In this document: positions 48,405 to 57,583 of the stretch, in pieces
How positions within the stretch are numbered: position 1 is the first letter of the stretch
Layout: every line of letters starts with the position of its first letter
From: Candidatus Beckwithbacteria bacterium CG10_big_fil_rev_8_21_14_0_10_34_10
Lineage (GTDB): Bacteria; Patescibacteriota; Microgenomatia; UBA1400
Reading direction: 5' to 3'
Length of the DNA: 64,000 nt
Assembly: GCA_002773945.1 (NCBI GenBank)
Contig: PEZT01000010.1
Location: 4,028 to 68,027, forward strand
Notes under the pieces: generated by a model
The model's input: the letters and a program-made list of their open reading frames with translations, nothing else
What the model was told of the DNA's origin: nothing
Databases searched by the model: none
Position numbers and translations under genes: made by a program

Positions 48405-50013
48405 AAAGATAGTTATCTTTATAGGAATTAGGCCGACGTTCTTCTAAAACTATTCCCCCAAATTGGTACTGTTCTTTTACAAAACTAAATTCATTTTGCC
48501 TATTAACAAAGTCTGTATAAACAATATTTTTTAATAAATCTGGCTCATAAATTGTAAAATGATTTGGGGTTATTTGAGCAGCCATTTTCAAAAGTTTGCC
48601 TCCAAAAAATCCCTCTTGCTCGGGCCCAAAAAACTGAGGAACATATCCATGTCTACTTTCTCCATACCACTTAAAAAGATAAGCCCAGGTAGTATTATAA
48701 CTATATGGATTGGTAAAACTAGAAAAAGTAAAAGGCCCATAATCAGCCAACTCATACATTTTATCAATTACAGCTAACTCATCACTAAAAGTCGCTCCCT
48801 GTTGGACACCATATAAATAGTAATTATCTTTTTTGTAGATCTGCATTTGTCTAAAATGTAATAATACAAATAAAACTGCTAAAAAGATTCCTAATATTCT
48901 CCATCTTTTTTGTTTTATAAGCTTGCCAATTATGTAAGAAAAAGGTAATAAAATCACTATTTCCATTCCAATTAGTAAATGAACAGAACCATGAGGTTTA
49001 ATAAGTAAAAACATCCCGATAGCACTAAACCAAATCAATAAAAAATACTTTAGTTTTTGGTTTAATTGGCGCCAAAAATATACCAAAGATGTAATAAAAA
49101 TTAATAAGGAAATTGTTGTTTGTTTTTTCCAAAAAAGACGAGTGACTTTCTCAATGTACAAATTAATTACTTGTTTAAATAAATGGAAATTGTTCTGACT
49201 ATGTTCCATCAATAATTTACTGTCTTTGAAATTAAAAATTCCCAAACGCCACAATTTCCATTGGGTTAAAATCATCGAAAAAACTAAAATTAAATATAAA
49301 ACTCCTGCCATAAAAAATTGATTGGCAGAAAATAGAAATAATTTTTTTTTCTTCAAGGCCAGATAAAAATAAGATAAGCCCAAAGGAATAAACAAGTACA
49401 ATGTCCAAACCGCCGCTTGGTTAGATAAAGCAAGACTTACAATTAAAAAAAATAAGTACTGTTTTTTCTCTTGAAAAAACACATACCATAAAAATAAGTA
49501 AAAACAGGGAATTGTAATAAGGGTAATAATTGGGTTTGACAACCATACCCCCAAAGAAAGATTTTCAATGTTAAAACTAATAAAAATTGTGCTTAATAAG
49601 GCTATTCTTTTATCTTTCATCAAAGACTTAACCAGAAAATAAATGGGAAAAACAAATGCAAAAGAAACAATACTGCTCAAAACCAAAGTCACCAAAAAAG
49701 GATTACCTTGTAATAACCAATAAAAAGACGCTAATAAATAATAGTACATCACTCCATGATAAATTTGGTCGTTCGTACCGCTTGCCGATGGCCCCTGTAG
49801 TTTAAGATCACCATGTAATAACTCTTGAACAATAACTGCATCACGAGCCTGATCAAACCAAAAATAATTTTTATTAGGGATAAGAAAGCAGGCTTTAATC
49901 AAAGCTGAAATCAAAGCAATTAGAAACAAAAATTTAATTTCCTTGAATGGGGGTAACATTTTCTTTACTTTATAAATCATCTTAAAAATAGGAAAACCCT
50001 TATTCATCTTCAA
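48394..50013 (-). CDS. ArnT/PMT-like GT-C glycosyltransferase ('DQARD' type)
   Basis: WFDQARD, LQGPSA, HGVMYYY, WLSNP; related to 23271..24824. Start uncertain (several Met). Confidence 0.82.
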   Translation of the reverse strand: MKMNKGFPIFKMIYKVKKMLPPFKEIKFLFLIALISALIKACFLIPNKNYFWFDQARDAVIVQELLHGDLKLQGPSASGTNDQIYHGVMYYYLLASFYWLLQGNPFLVTLVLSSIVSFAFVFPIYFLVKSLMKDKRIALLSTIFISFNIENLSLGVWLSNPIITLITIPCFYLFLWYVFFQEKKQYLFFLIVSLALSNQAAVWTLYLFIPLGLSYFYLALKKKKLFLFSANQFFMAGVLYLILVFSMILTQWKLWRLGIFNFKDSKLLMEHSQNNFHLFKQVINLYIEKVTRLFWKKQTTISLLIFITSLVYFWRQLNQKLKYFLLIWFSAIGMFLLIKPHGSVHLLIGMEIVILLPFSYIIGKLIKQKRWRILGIFLAVLFVLLHFRQMQIYKKDNYYLYGVQQGATFSDELAVIDKMYELADYGPFTFSSFTNPYSYNTTWAYLFKWYGESRHGYVPQFFGPEQEGFFGGKLLKMAAQITPNHFTIYEPDLLKNIVYTDFVNRQNEFSFVKEQYQFGGIVLEERRPNSYKDNYLYEN

Positions 50014-50956
50014 TCACTTTCAACCCAATATCATTAATGTCATAAAGGTAGGTTTGCCTTTTTAACTTAGAATAAGCAACTAATTTTTTATTTCCCAGGG
50101 AATCAACAAATATACCCTTAATCTCAATTAAATTATCTGGTGTTGGTTTTAAATAAATGTAGTGCCAAAGATAAGAAGAAAAATCAATAATGTAAGCCAT
50201 ATCTTTTGTTTTAATTTCGTAGATTATTTTCTCTGTTTTTTCATCAAAAAAATTTAAACTGACAACCATAATATTTTTCTCATTAGTTTCATCAACTATA
50301 GAGATACTATTTTTTGTTCCCTTAGCTAAATCAAAAACCACAAAATGACAATTAGGATCACATTCCGGATAAACAATTTTCTCACTGATTGGTTCTATTG
50401 ATGTAGTTAATTTATCTCCTTTAAAGTTAATCTTTTCTACTAAGGGCTTAATTTTTTCACTTAAATCGTTTTCTTCAATCATAATAAGGTTAAATATACC
50501 AATATTCCAAAAATCCTCTTCGTCCAGGTAAGCTAAATAAAGCCTATTATTATCTTTGTCCCACTGAATAATATTTAATTTCTTTAAAGAGTTAAAAACT
50601 ATCTCCTTAGTCTTATTTTCTCCGCCCTGGGAAATACTTAAAATAAAGTCATTATTATCTTCTCTTATTAAAGCTGCCTTGTCTTTATTGGGAGAAAGAA
50701 AAACAAGAGAAGTAAAAATGTTTTTGTTTTTTAGTTCTTCCCAGGAATTAACCTCCAACTCCCGGTTACCCTTTAATAATCCTTTTAAAAATTGAGGCTG
50801 AAGAAATTTTTTTGGGTTTAAAAAGCGATAATTTTTATCGACAAAAAGTTGGTAAAAGACTATAATTAAAACAGCTAAGGTAGTCAAAAAAAACAAAATG
50901 AGATTAAGTAAACTAGGTGAAATTTTTTTAATTTGGTTAATTATCTTCTTTGGCAT
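50000..50956 (-). CDS. hypothetical membrane-anchored protein with large acidic soluble domain
   Basis: 318-aa ORF with one N-terminal TM; the rest is hydrophilic with short beta-like segments (LSPNKDK, QWDKDNNRLY); overlaps the next gene by 14 bp. Confidence 0.65.
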   Translation of the reverse strand: MPKKIINQIKKISPSLLNLILFFLTTLAVLIIVFYQLFVDKNYRFLNPKKFLQPQFLKGLLKGNRELEVNSWEELKNKNIFTSLVFLSPNKDKAALIREDNNDFILSISQGGENKTKEIVFNSLKKLNIIQWDKDNNRLYLAYLDEEDFWNIGIFNLIMIEENDLSEKIKPLVEKINFKGDKLTTSIEPISEKIVYPECDPNCHFVVFDLAKGTKNSISIVDETNEKNIMVVSLNFFDEKTEKIIYEIKTKDMAYIIDFSSYLWHYIYLKPTPDNLIEIKGIFVDSLGNKKLVAYSKLKRQTYLYDINDIGLKVIEDE

Positions 50957-52292
50957 GATCCTCCGAACTTATAAGGCTGACTTTTATCCAATTCATAATA
51001 ATGACGATAGTTTATTTCATGTCTGGGCTGGTACCAGTTCTTTTAAAAATATTATAAAACCCGCTAGTCTTTCTATTTTTACTCAAAATAATAAGTCTCT
51101 TTTCTGGTACTCTCAATATAATCATTTTGACACTATCAGACGTTTTAGTTTCCGTCTAACTCAGCCCTATTTTGACCAGCCGCCATTAGCAATGTTCTTT
51201 ATAGCTCTCCCTGCCAAAATTTTAGGATTCAATGACTTTGTCCAGGTTCCTCATCTTCTAGTCCGCCTCCCTGCTCTTTTAATGTCTATTTTTAGTCTTT
51301 ATCTTACCTATATTTTAGCAAAAAAAACCTTCAATCAGAAGACTGCCTTTTTTTCCCTCTTGGTTTATACCTTAACACCCATCTTTGTTTTTAGTCATAG
51401 ACTAGCTTACCTAGAAAACTTCTTAACCCCAATATTTTTATTTAGCTTAATTAAGCTAAAAGATTATCTTAAAAAGCCTTCAAAATTTAATTTATCAGTA
51501 TTGATTTTTTTGGGGTTTATAAGCGGCTTTGTAAAAATTATTGGTTTTGGTTTACCCTTTATCCTCGCTTTTTGGCTTTTTAAAAACAAAAAAACAAAAC
51601 AAACTTTTTATCTTGTCTTAACCGGCTTTCTTTCTTTTTTAAGCTATCTTTTATATGGATTTTTAGTAAACTGGCAGCAATTTAAATTTACTCTCCAAGC
51701 TCAATCTGGCCGAGGGATGTATCTAACTTCATTTTTTCACATCTTAAACCGAGTTGAATTTTATGAGCCTTTTAACGATGGCATTTATATTCTAGGTTTT
51801 ATTATGGCTTTATTCCTTTTAATTAAAAGTTTAAAAAATAAAAAACTGGAGTTTTTTTCTCTTAATTTTCTTTTCTGGTTAGTTTTAATTATTATTACTT
51901 CAGGAGTTAATAATAATTCATACTGGTACCGCTACCCTCTTTTCCCCTTCTTAAGCATGGCTTTAGGTTATTATCTTAATCTTATCTTAAAAAAGCCGAC
52001 TATTATTTCTGTTTTTCCCCTTCTCCTTCTTGGTTTTACCAGCCCTGATCTTTTAGAACTCAATCCCAATACTTTATTTTTAAGAATAAGCTATTTGCTT
52101 TTTTTAAGCCCGTTTTTAGTCAAATATCTTTTTCCTCATTCTAAAAAAATAAAATGGCTCTGCCATAGACTAACCATCGCTTTGATAATTCTGATGTTTT
52201 TAATCAATGCCCTTGTTCCCCTAAAATATCTTTCTAAAAAATGCCAGAAAGATGACTGTTTAATTCCGACAAAAATTATTGTCTCTCCTTAA
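50898..52292 (+). CDS. ArnT/PMT-like GT-C glycosyltransferase
   Basis: NNDD..H.WAG, PYFDQPPL, VRLPA, HRLAYLEN, WYRYP; many TMs. Confidence 0.83.
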   Translation: MRLSKLGEIFLIWLIIFFGMILRTYKADFYPIHNNDDSLFHVWAGTSSFKNIIKPASLSIFTQNNKSLFWYSQYNHFDTIRRFSFRLTQPYFDQPPLAMFFIALPAKILGFNDFVQVPHLLVRLPALLMSIFSLYLTYILAKKTFNQKTAFFSLLVYTLTPIFVFSHRLAYLENFLTPIFLFSLIKLKDYLKKPSKFNLSVLIFLGFISGFVKIIGFGLPFILAFWLFKNKKTKQTFYLVLTGFLSFLSYLLYGFLVNWQQFKFTLQAQSGRGMYLTSFFHILNRVEFYEPFNDGIYILGFIMALFLLIKSLKNKKLEFFSLNFLFWLVLIIITSGVNNNSYWYRYPLFPFLSMALGYYLNLILKKPTIISVFPLLLLGFTSPDLLELNPNTLFLRISYLLFLSPFLVKYLFPHSKKIKWLCHRLTIALIILMFLINALVPLKYLSKKCQKDDCLIPTKIIVSP

Positions 52293-53365
52293 AGAAGTTT
52301 ATTTAAAGCAGAAAACATCCTTTGTTTGGTAAAAAATCTTCCTCTTTTAATTGAGTCTTTCCTTAAATCAGCCATTAATGAATCATTTTTAATTACTTTA
52401 TTTGTTTTTTTATTAAGTTCTTCTAAAGACTCCCAAAGAAATTGCTCTTTTCTAACAATTTCTGAAACTCCCCCGCCTTTGAAAACTAAAGGAACTGCTC
52501 CGCTAACCATTGCTTCAACAACACTAATCCCAAAATGTTCGGCTCTTTCCGGATGAACCTCAAGGTTATTACTAAAGCCAGCTGCATGCCAGTATATTTT
52601 CGCTTTTTTATAATAATCAAAAAGAGTCTTAAAACTTACATTTGGAACAATCTTAACTGGATAACCTTTAGTTAACTGCTTTAACTTCTTAAAATATTGA
52701 TTCTCTTCCATTAAGCCGCCCAGTAAAACTAAAGACCAATCTTTTAAACCATCATCAACCAGTTTTTTGAATGCTTTAACTAAAACATCTTGTTTTTTGG
52801 CATTTAAAATCTGGTCAAAGCGGCCGACAGATAAAATAATATTTTCTTTATCCTTTATTTTATTTAACTCAAAAAAATTGCTAGAAACAGTTGGATAAAT
52901 CACTTGACTGCAAACCTTAAATTCTTCATCTATAAATTTTTTGACAAAATTAGAATAACTAATAACCTGATTTATTTTCTTTAACTTTCCTTGATTAAAA
53001 ATTGATCGGCCCTGAATATTAATAAAAGGAGATTGAAAAAGAAGCCAATTATTTTTAGCAAACAAAAGGGGAATGCTCCCATCAGATACAAAAAAAATTA
53101 ACTGATAATCTTTAGTTAATAAATATTTTTGCACTAAATTGCCTTTTTTCTTTAAAACAGAAAAGGCTTTTTTATTAACTTTTATTCTATCTTCAAAATC
53201 TAAACTAAATCTTAAATAAATCTTTTCTAAAATTGATTTTTCCGGCCAGGCAATCTCAACTGAAAATTTTTGCTGGAAAAGAAATTCTCCTACCAGTAAA
53301 CTATAGAATTCCCCTCCTCCTAGGGTATCTAAATAGGGATTAAAAATCAGGGCTTTTTTTATCAT
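52289..53365 (-). CDS. GT4 family glycosyltransferase (ALG11-like motifs)
   Basis: FNPYLDTLGGGE, SVGRF...KKQ, IYWHAAG, EHFGISVVEAM. Confidence 0.92.
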   Translation of the reverse strand: MIKKALIFNPYLDTLGGGEFYSLLVGEFLFQQKFSVEIAWPEKSILEKIYLRFSLDFEDRIKVNKKAFSVLKKKGNLVQKYLLTKDYQLIFFVSDGSIPLLFAKNNWLLFQSPFINIQGRSIFNQGKLKKINQVISYSNFVKKFIDEEFKVCSQVIYPTVSSNFFELNKIKDKENIILSVGRFDQILNAKKQDVLVKAFKKLVDDGLKDWSLVLLGGLMEENQYFKKLKQLTKGYPVKIVPNVSFKTLFDYYKKAKIYWHAAGFSNNLEVHPERAEHFGISVVEAMVSGAVPLVFKGGGVSEIVRKEQFLWESLEELNKKTNKVIKNDSLMADLRKDSIKRGRFFTKQRMFSALNKLL

Positions 53366-53383
53366 TGTTTTCCTTCTTTTTAC

Positions 53384-53395
53384 TATTATATAATA
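53384..53395. promoter_or_regulatory. candidate bidirectional sigma70 -10 element (palindrome TATTATATAATA)
   Basis: TATAAT on + at 53389-53394 and on - at 53385-53390, inside the 58-bp divergent gap between 53365(-) and 53424(+). Confidence 0.5.
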
Positions 53396-53423
53396 AATTC
53401 ATTGTAAATAATCTAATCTTTTT

Positions 53424-54617
53424 ATGATTGCTTTAATAATCCTAGTTTCGCTTTTTATTGCCAGCCGGGTCATTATTTTTGTTTTTCCCCCTCATTTTTC
53501 TGATGTCATGTATAGTTATTATCATTATGCTAGGATCTGGACTGAAGGCTATCCTGCTTATTTAGTCCATTTGTTTGAATACCCACCGGCCAATATAATT
53601 TTGTTTTATCTTCCTTGGATATTGGATCGGGCTTCTATCCTCGGTTACCCTGATTTTTACCGTTTTTTTGTCTTTTTAGCTGATGTAATTATCTTTATTG
53701 TCTCTTTTAAAGTCTTAAAAAAACTAAAACTTAAAAAGGGGATTATTTTTATTGCTCTTCTCTACTACATTTTAGCTTTAACCAAAGCCAAAGATTTTGT
53801 TTATGACAGCATGGACCTTGTTTTTATCAGCGGTTTTTTCTTATCCCTGGCTTTATTAAAATTAAAAAAACAAACTCCTAAAATCCGCTTTTTTTCCTGG
53901 TTTTTTTTCTGGCTTTCAACTGCTTTTAAATATATTACGGCGCCTTTATTTATCCCTTATCTTTTATTAATGAGAAAGGGCAGAGATCTTAAAAAAGAAA
54001 TCCTTATAAGTTTTATGGCCTTTGTGGCTGTTTGGGGTCTGCCTTTAATTATTTTCCGCTCCTCTTTATCAGTTACCTTTGTTTACCATCTTAAAAGAGG
54101 TTTTCAAGTAGAATCAATGCCCGCTAATGTTATCCGGCTGGTTAACCGCTGGACTCAATCAGACAGTTTTGTTGAAGTATATAAAAACTACGATATTATA
54201 GGTCCTGTAACCGCTAAACTTCAACCTTACTTATCTATTATATTCCCTTTAACTATGCTCGCCTTCTTTATTTATAGTTTAAAAAAATCCCTTGATTTAT
54301 CAAAGCCAACAGGAAAAAGCTTTGACGAGTATAAAGAAAAGTTAAAATTAGGCTTAATCTATCTTTTCCTTTTTATGGCCACTGGTAAAGTTTTTTCTAC
54401 TCCTTTCCATCTCTGGCTACCACCACTATTAACCATTTATCCTTTTAAATCAGTTAAACAACAGTTAAAAGTCCTTTTTGTCTCCTTTTTTATGATTGCC
54501 ATTTCTATGACCCCTATTCCTAACCTGACTTATCAGGGTTTTGAACTTCACAATGCCATTGGTCTTATGCGGCCTATTTGTCTTTTATATATGCTTATTA
54601 AGATAAAAAAAACTTGA
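53424..54617 (+). CDS. GT87/DUF2029-like GT-C membrane glycosyltransferase (paralog A)
   Basis: FSDV..SY, HLFEYPPA, D.MD, STAFKY, KVFSTPFHLW. Confidence 0.78.
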   Translation: MIALIILVSLFIASRVIIFVFPPHFSDVMYSYYHYARIWTEGYPAYLVHLFEYPPANIILFYLPWILDRASILGYPDFYRFFVFLADVIIFIVSFKVLKKLKLKKGIIFIALLYYILALTKAKDFVYDSMDLVFISGFFLSLALLKLKKQTPKIRFFSWFFFWLSTAFKYITAPLFIPYLLLMRKGRDLKKEILISFMAFVAVWGLPLIIFRSSLSVTFVYHLKRGFQVESMPANVIRLVNRWTQSDSFVEVYKNYDIIGPVTAKLQPYLSIIFPLTMLAFFIYSLKKSLDLSKPTGKSFDEYKEKLKLGLIYLFLFMATGKVFSTPFHLWLPPLLTIYPFKSVKQQLKVLFVSFFMIAISMTPIPNLTYQGFELHNAIGLMRPICLLYMLIKIKKT

Positions 54618-54624
54618 TGAAAAG

Positions 54625-55908
54625 ATGAAAAAAATTATTAACTGGAAATCAATCATTATCTGGGTAAAGAAAAACAAGTTTATTCTTCTAAGTTTGATAT
54701 TATTCCTTTTAGTAAGAACTTTTATTCTTTTAAATCCTCCAGCTGATTATCTTGGAGTTCCCCGGGAAGGTTATTCTGATGTCACTCATTTTTATGAAGG
54801 CTACGCTAATATGTGGTGGTATGGCCTGACACCTTATTTAGAACATCTTTTTGAATATCCCCCGGCGGCCATTCCTTTAATTGCTCTTCCTTTAGCGGTT
54901 GATCTAGCTGGAGTAGGTTTTTATTATCTTAATTATAGAGTCCAAATTTTCTTAATAGAACTAGTCATCTATTTTTTTATCTTAAAGACTCTTAAAAAGA
55001 CTTTTTCCAACCCGTTTCAAAGATATGCTTCAATCATTTTCTATAACCTGGCCCCCATTATTGCCAATGGCTTCTGGTATGACGGCATAGATCTTGCTTT
55101 TAGCGGCAGTCTAATTCTGGCTTTAATCTCTTATCTCTTCTTAAACAAACAAAAATTTATTCACAAAGTTGTCTTTTGGTCTTTATTCTGGCTTTCAGTA
55201 GCCATAAAGTTTGTTACTTTTCCCCTTTTCTTCCTTTTTTTTATCATTAAGAATAAAAACTTTAAAAAATCATTTAAAGAAGAATTTATTGCCTTAGTGA
55301 CTGGCTTTTTAATTATCTGGGCTGTGCCTTTAGCTGTTTTCCGCTCCTCTTTATCAGTGGCTCTGTTTTTCCATGCTAAAAGACCGCTACATGCTTCTTC
55401 CTTTCCTGCTTTTATTATTTATACTATTAATCACTTTACTAATAGTGAAGTTTTTAGAAACTTAGAATGGTTTGGCCCTTTAACCCAAAAAGCTCTTTTT
55501 TTATCATTTATTTTCTTAGGAGTAACTACTGTTCTAGTTTCTTTTTGGGCCATAATGAAAAAAATAAAAGACAAACAGATTAACCCCTACACTCTTATGT
55601 TAAAAACCAGCCTTATCTACCTTTTGGCTTTTATGATGACGAGTAAGATTATTTCTCCCCCTTTTCATATTTGGACTACTCTTCTTTTAACAGTTTTTCC
55701 TTATAAAAATAGAAAAACCCAGTTCGCTTTTTTATTACTGGGTCTCTGGACCTTAATCCTTAATACAACTAATATTGTCAAACTGCCGGAAACAATAATG
55801 ATCTACCCTTTTACCTGGCAATATTTAAGACACATCCTCCGCTTCCCACCCCTTATCCTAATCGCCTTTTTAATGATGAAAAAACAAGAGAAGTTTATTA
55901 AGTCGTAA
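54625..55908 (+). CDS. GT87/DUF2029-like GT-C membrane glycosyltransferase (paralog B)
   Basis: YSDV..FY, PYLEHLFEYPPA, DGID, SVAIKF, KIISPPFHIW; tandem paralog of 53424..54617. Confidence 0.78.
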   Translation: MKKIINWKSIIIWVKKNKFILLSLILFLLVRTFILLNPPADYLGVPREGYSDVTHFYEGYANMWWYGLTPYLEHLFEYPPAAIPLIALPLAVDLAGVGFYYLNYRVQIFLIELVIYFFILKTLKKTFSNPFQRYASIIFYNLAPIIANGFWYDGIDLAFSGSLILALISYLFLNKQKFIHKVVFWSLFWLSVAIKFVTFPLFFLFFIIKNKNFKKSFKEEFIALVTGFLIIWAVPLAVFRSSLSVALFFHAKRPLHASSFPAFIIYTINHFTNSEVFRNLEWFGPLTQKALFLSFIFLGVTTVLVSFWAIMKKIKDKQINPYTLMLKTSLIYLLAFMMTSKIISPPFHIWTTLLLTVFPYKNRKTQFAFLLLGLWTLILNTTNIVKLPETIMIYPFTWQYLRHILRFPPLILIAFLMMKKQEKFIKS

Positions 55909-57583
55909 TCTTTGTCAGTTGCCAGATTGGTTCACCTAAAAAATTATAGATTAAAAAATTATTTCCCTCTTTTGTTGGTCTAGATCCGGGAACAACTTTT
56001 TCCACTAATAAAATTGATTTTCCCCTTTCAATTTTCTGTTTTAAACTATCTGGATGTTTCCATTCAGCTAAATTTTCATTAAAGCGGTATTTGTCATAAA
56101 TGACTACCCTATCCATTCCCACAAGTTCTCTTTCTGCTTTTAACTGAAAATCAGCTGGTTCAAAAGGTAAATAAAAAGCCAAAAAAATATAACTGACTTC
56201 AACATTAGGATCAAAAAGAATTAAGTCATATTTTTCCTCATCGGTCTTTATCTTTTGACAAACTTCCTTTATCCCCGGCAGCCAAAATTTATCCTGAATC
56301 TGGGGAAAAATAATAAAATAGGCCAGCAAATAATCGACAATGGAAAAAAGAAGAACAGCGCTAACAACAATATTTTTATATTTCCCCTTTTTTACCTGCC
56401 AAGCCCAAAATTCTTCTAAACCTAAAGCGGCAAATAGAACCAAAATTAAGTGAAAAAACAATAATCTAGTTAGAATAGGTGAATCAATAGTAAAACCATT
56501 GGCTAAAGGAGAAATAAAAAAACATCCTAAAAGAAACAGGTTTTCTTTTTTCTCTAGGTTTTTAACTACCTTTAAAAAACCAATCAGAATAAAAGGAAAA
56601 AACACCACTAAAATATTGCCAAAATTTAAGCTCCCTAAACTGTGCCAGGAATTATTATCACTTTCAAAAAATATAAATTTGGGATTAAAAGCCGCTAAAT
56701 AGTTTTTTGAAAAATCCTTGAATAATAAAACCGGTTGATTATAAAAAACTCTGGCTAAAAATATTGGTATTTCTTTCTTATCCATTAAAAACGTATTCTT
56801 GCTTATTCTCTCTTTTAATTCTTCTTGGTTAAAAATAGTCGTATTAGCCCGACCCTGATTTCCTTCTTTAGCTAAATGCCAATAACTAAACCAGCCTAAA
56901 CTTAATAAAACAACAAATAAAAAAACAAGCAGGTTCTTTTTTGGTTTTGATTTTTTTTCTACAGTTTTAAAATAGTCCTTTCTAAAAAACAAAAAACATA
57001 AAATTATTAATGGGGGAGTAATAAACAAGGGGGTATTGTAAATAAAAAAAGAAACAATAAATAAGGGTAAAGCGACAAAAAGTAATCCTAATTTTTTTCT
57101 GGCTTTTAAAACATAAGTTAAGCCAGTTAAAGTAAAAAATAGAGCCATCGTGGCTTCAAACTGCTGACGGCTATAATGTAAGTGAAAAGGAGAAACACTC
57201 AAAAGAAAAATAAAAAGCAGGGCTAAATTTTTCCTCTTGGGAAAAATCTCTTTAACAAAAAAATAGCCGCTAATTACGGTCAACCAGCCAAATAAAGCCG
57301 CCGGCAACCTCACAGCAAAAGCATTTAAACCAAAGATCTTTATTAAAGGAGCCGTTAAATAAATATATCCAGGGATTTTATTATCTCCAAAAGCTCGAAA
57401 AACTAACGGCCATAATCTACCATGTTCATCTTTTTGAGTCTTTAAAATTGAATAAGCATTAAAACCAACTGAAACTTCATCTCGGTTTAACTCTGAAGGA
57501 ATTTTGCTTAAAAAAACAAAACGAAGAATAAAGGCTAAAACAATTATTATTAAAAAGATAAAATTCCGTCTGTATTTTTTCAT
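55898..57583 (-). CDS. GT39/PMT-ArnT-like GT-C glycosyltransferase (sixth member of the tandem family)
   Basis: RDEVSVGFNAYSILKTQKDEHG, FGDNKIP, GLNAFAVRLP, SPFH..YSR. Confidence 0.87.
   Translation of the reverse strand: MKKYRRNFIFLIIIVLAFILRFVFLSKIPSELNRDEVSVGFNAYSILKTQKDEHGRLWPLVFRAFGDNKIPGYIYLTAPLIKIFGLNAFAVRLPAALFGWLTVISGYFFVKEIFPKRKNLALLFIFLLSVSPFHLHYSRQQFEATMALFFTLTGLTYVLKARKKLGLLFVALPLFIVSFFIYNTPLFITPPLIILCFLFFRKDYFKTVEKKSKPKKNLLVFLFVVLLSLGWFSYWHLAKEGNQGRANTTIFNQEELKERISKNTFLMDKKEIPIFLARVFYNQPVLLFKDFSKNYLAAFNPKFIFFESDNNSWHSLGSLNFGNILVVFFPFILIGFLKVVKNLEKKENLFLLGCFFISPLANGFTIDSPILTRLLFFHLILVLFAALGLEEFWAWQVKKGKYKNIVVSAVLLFSIVDYLLAYFIIFPQIQDKFWLPGIKEVCQKIKTDEEKYDLILFDPNVEVSYIFLAFYLPFEPADFQLKAERELVGMDRVVIYDKYRFNENLAEWKHPDSLKQKIERGKSILLVEKVVPGSRPTKEGNNFLIYNFLGEPIWQLTKITT

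Noticed and set aside
54805-54830. MWWYG resembling the oligosaccharyltransferase WWDYG motif
   Set aside because: It lacks the Asp, lies in the first loop rather than a C-terminal domain, and is absent from the paralog. I saw no STT3/PglB/AglB in the window.
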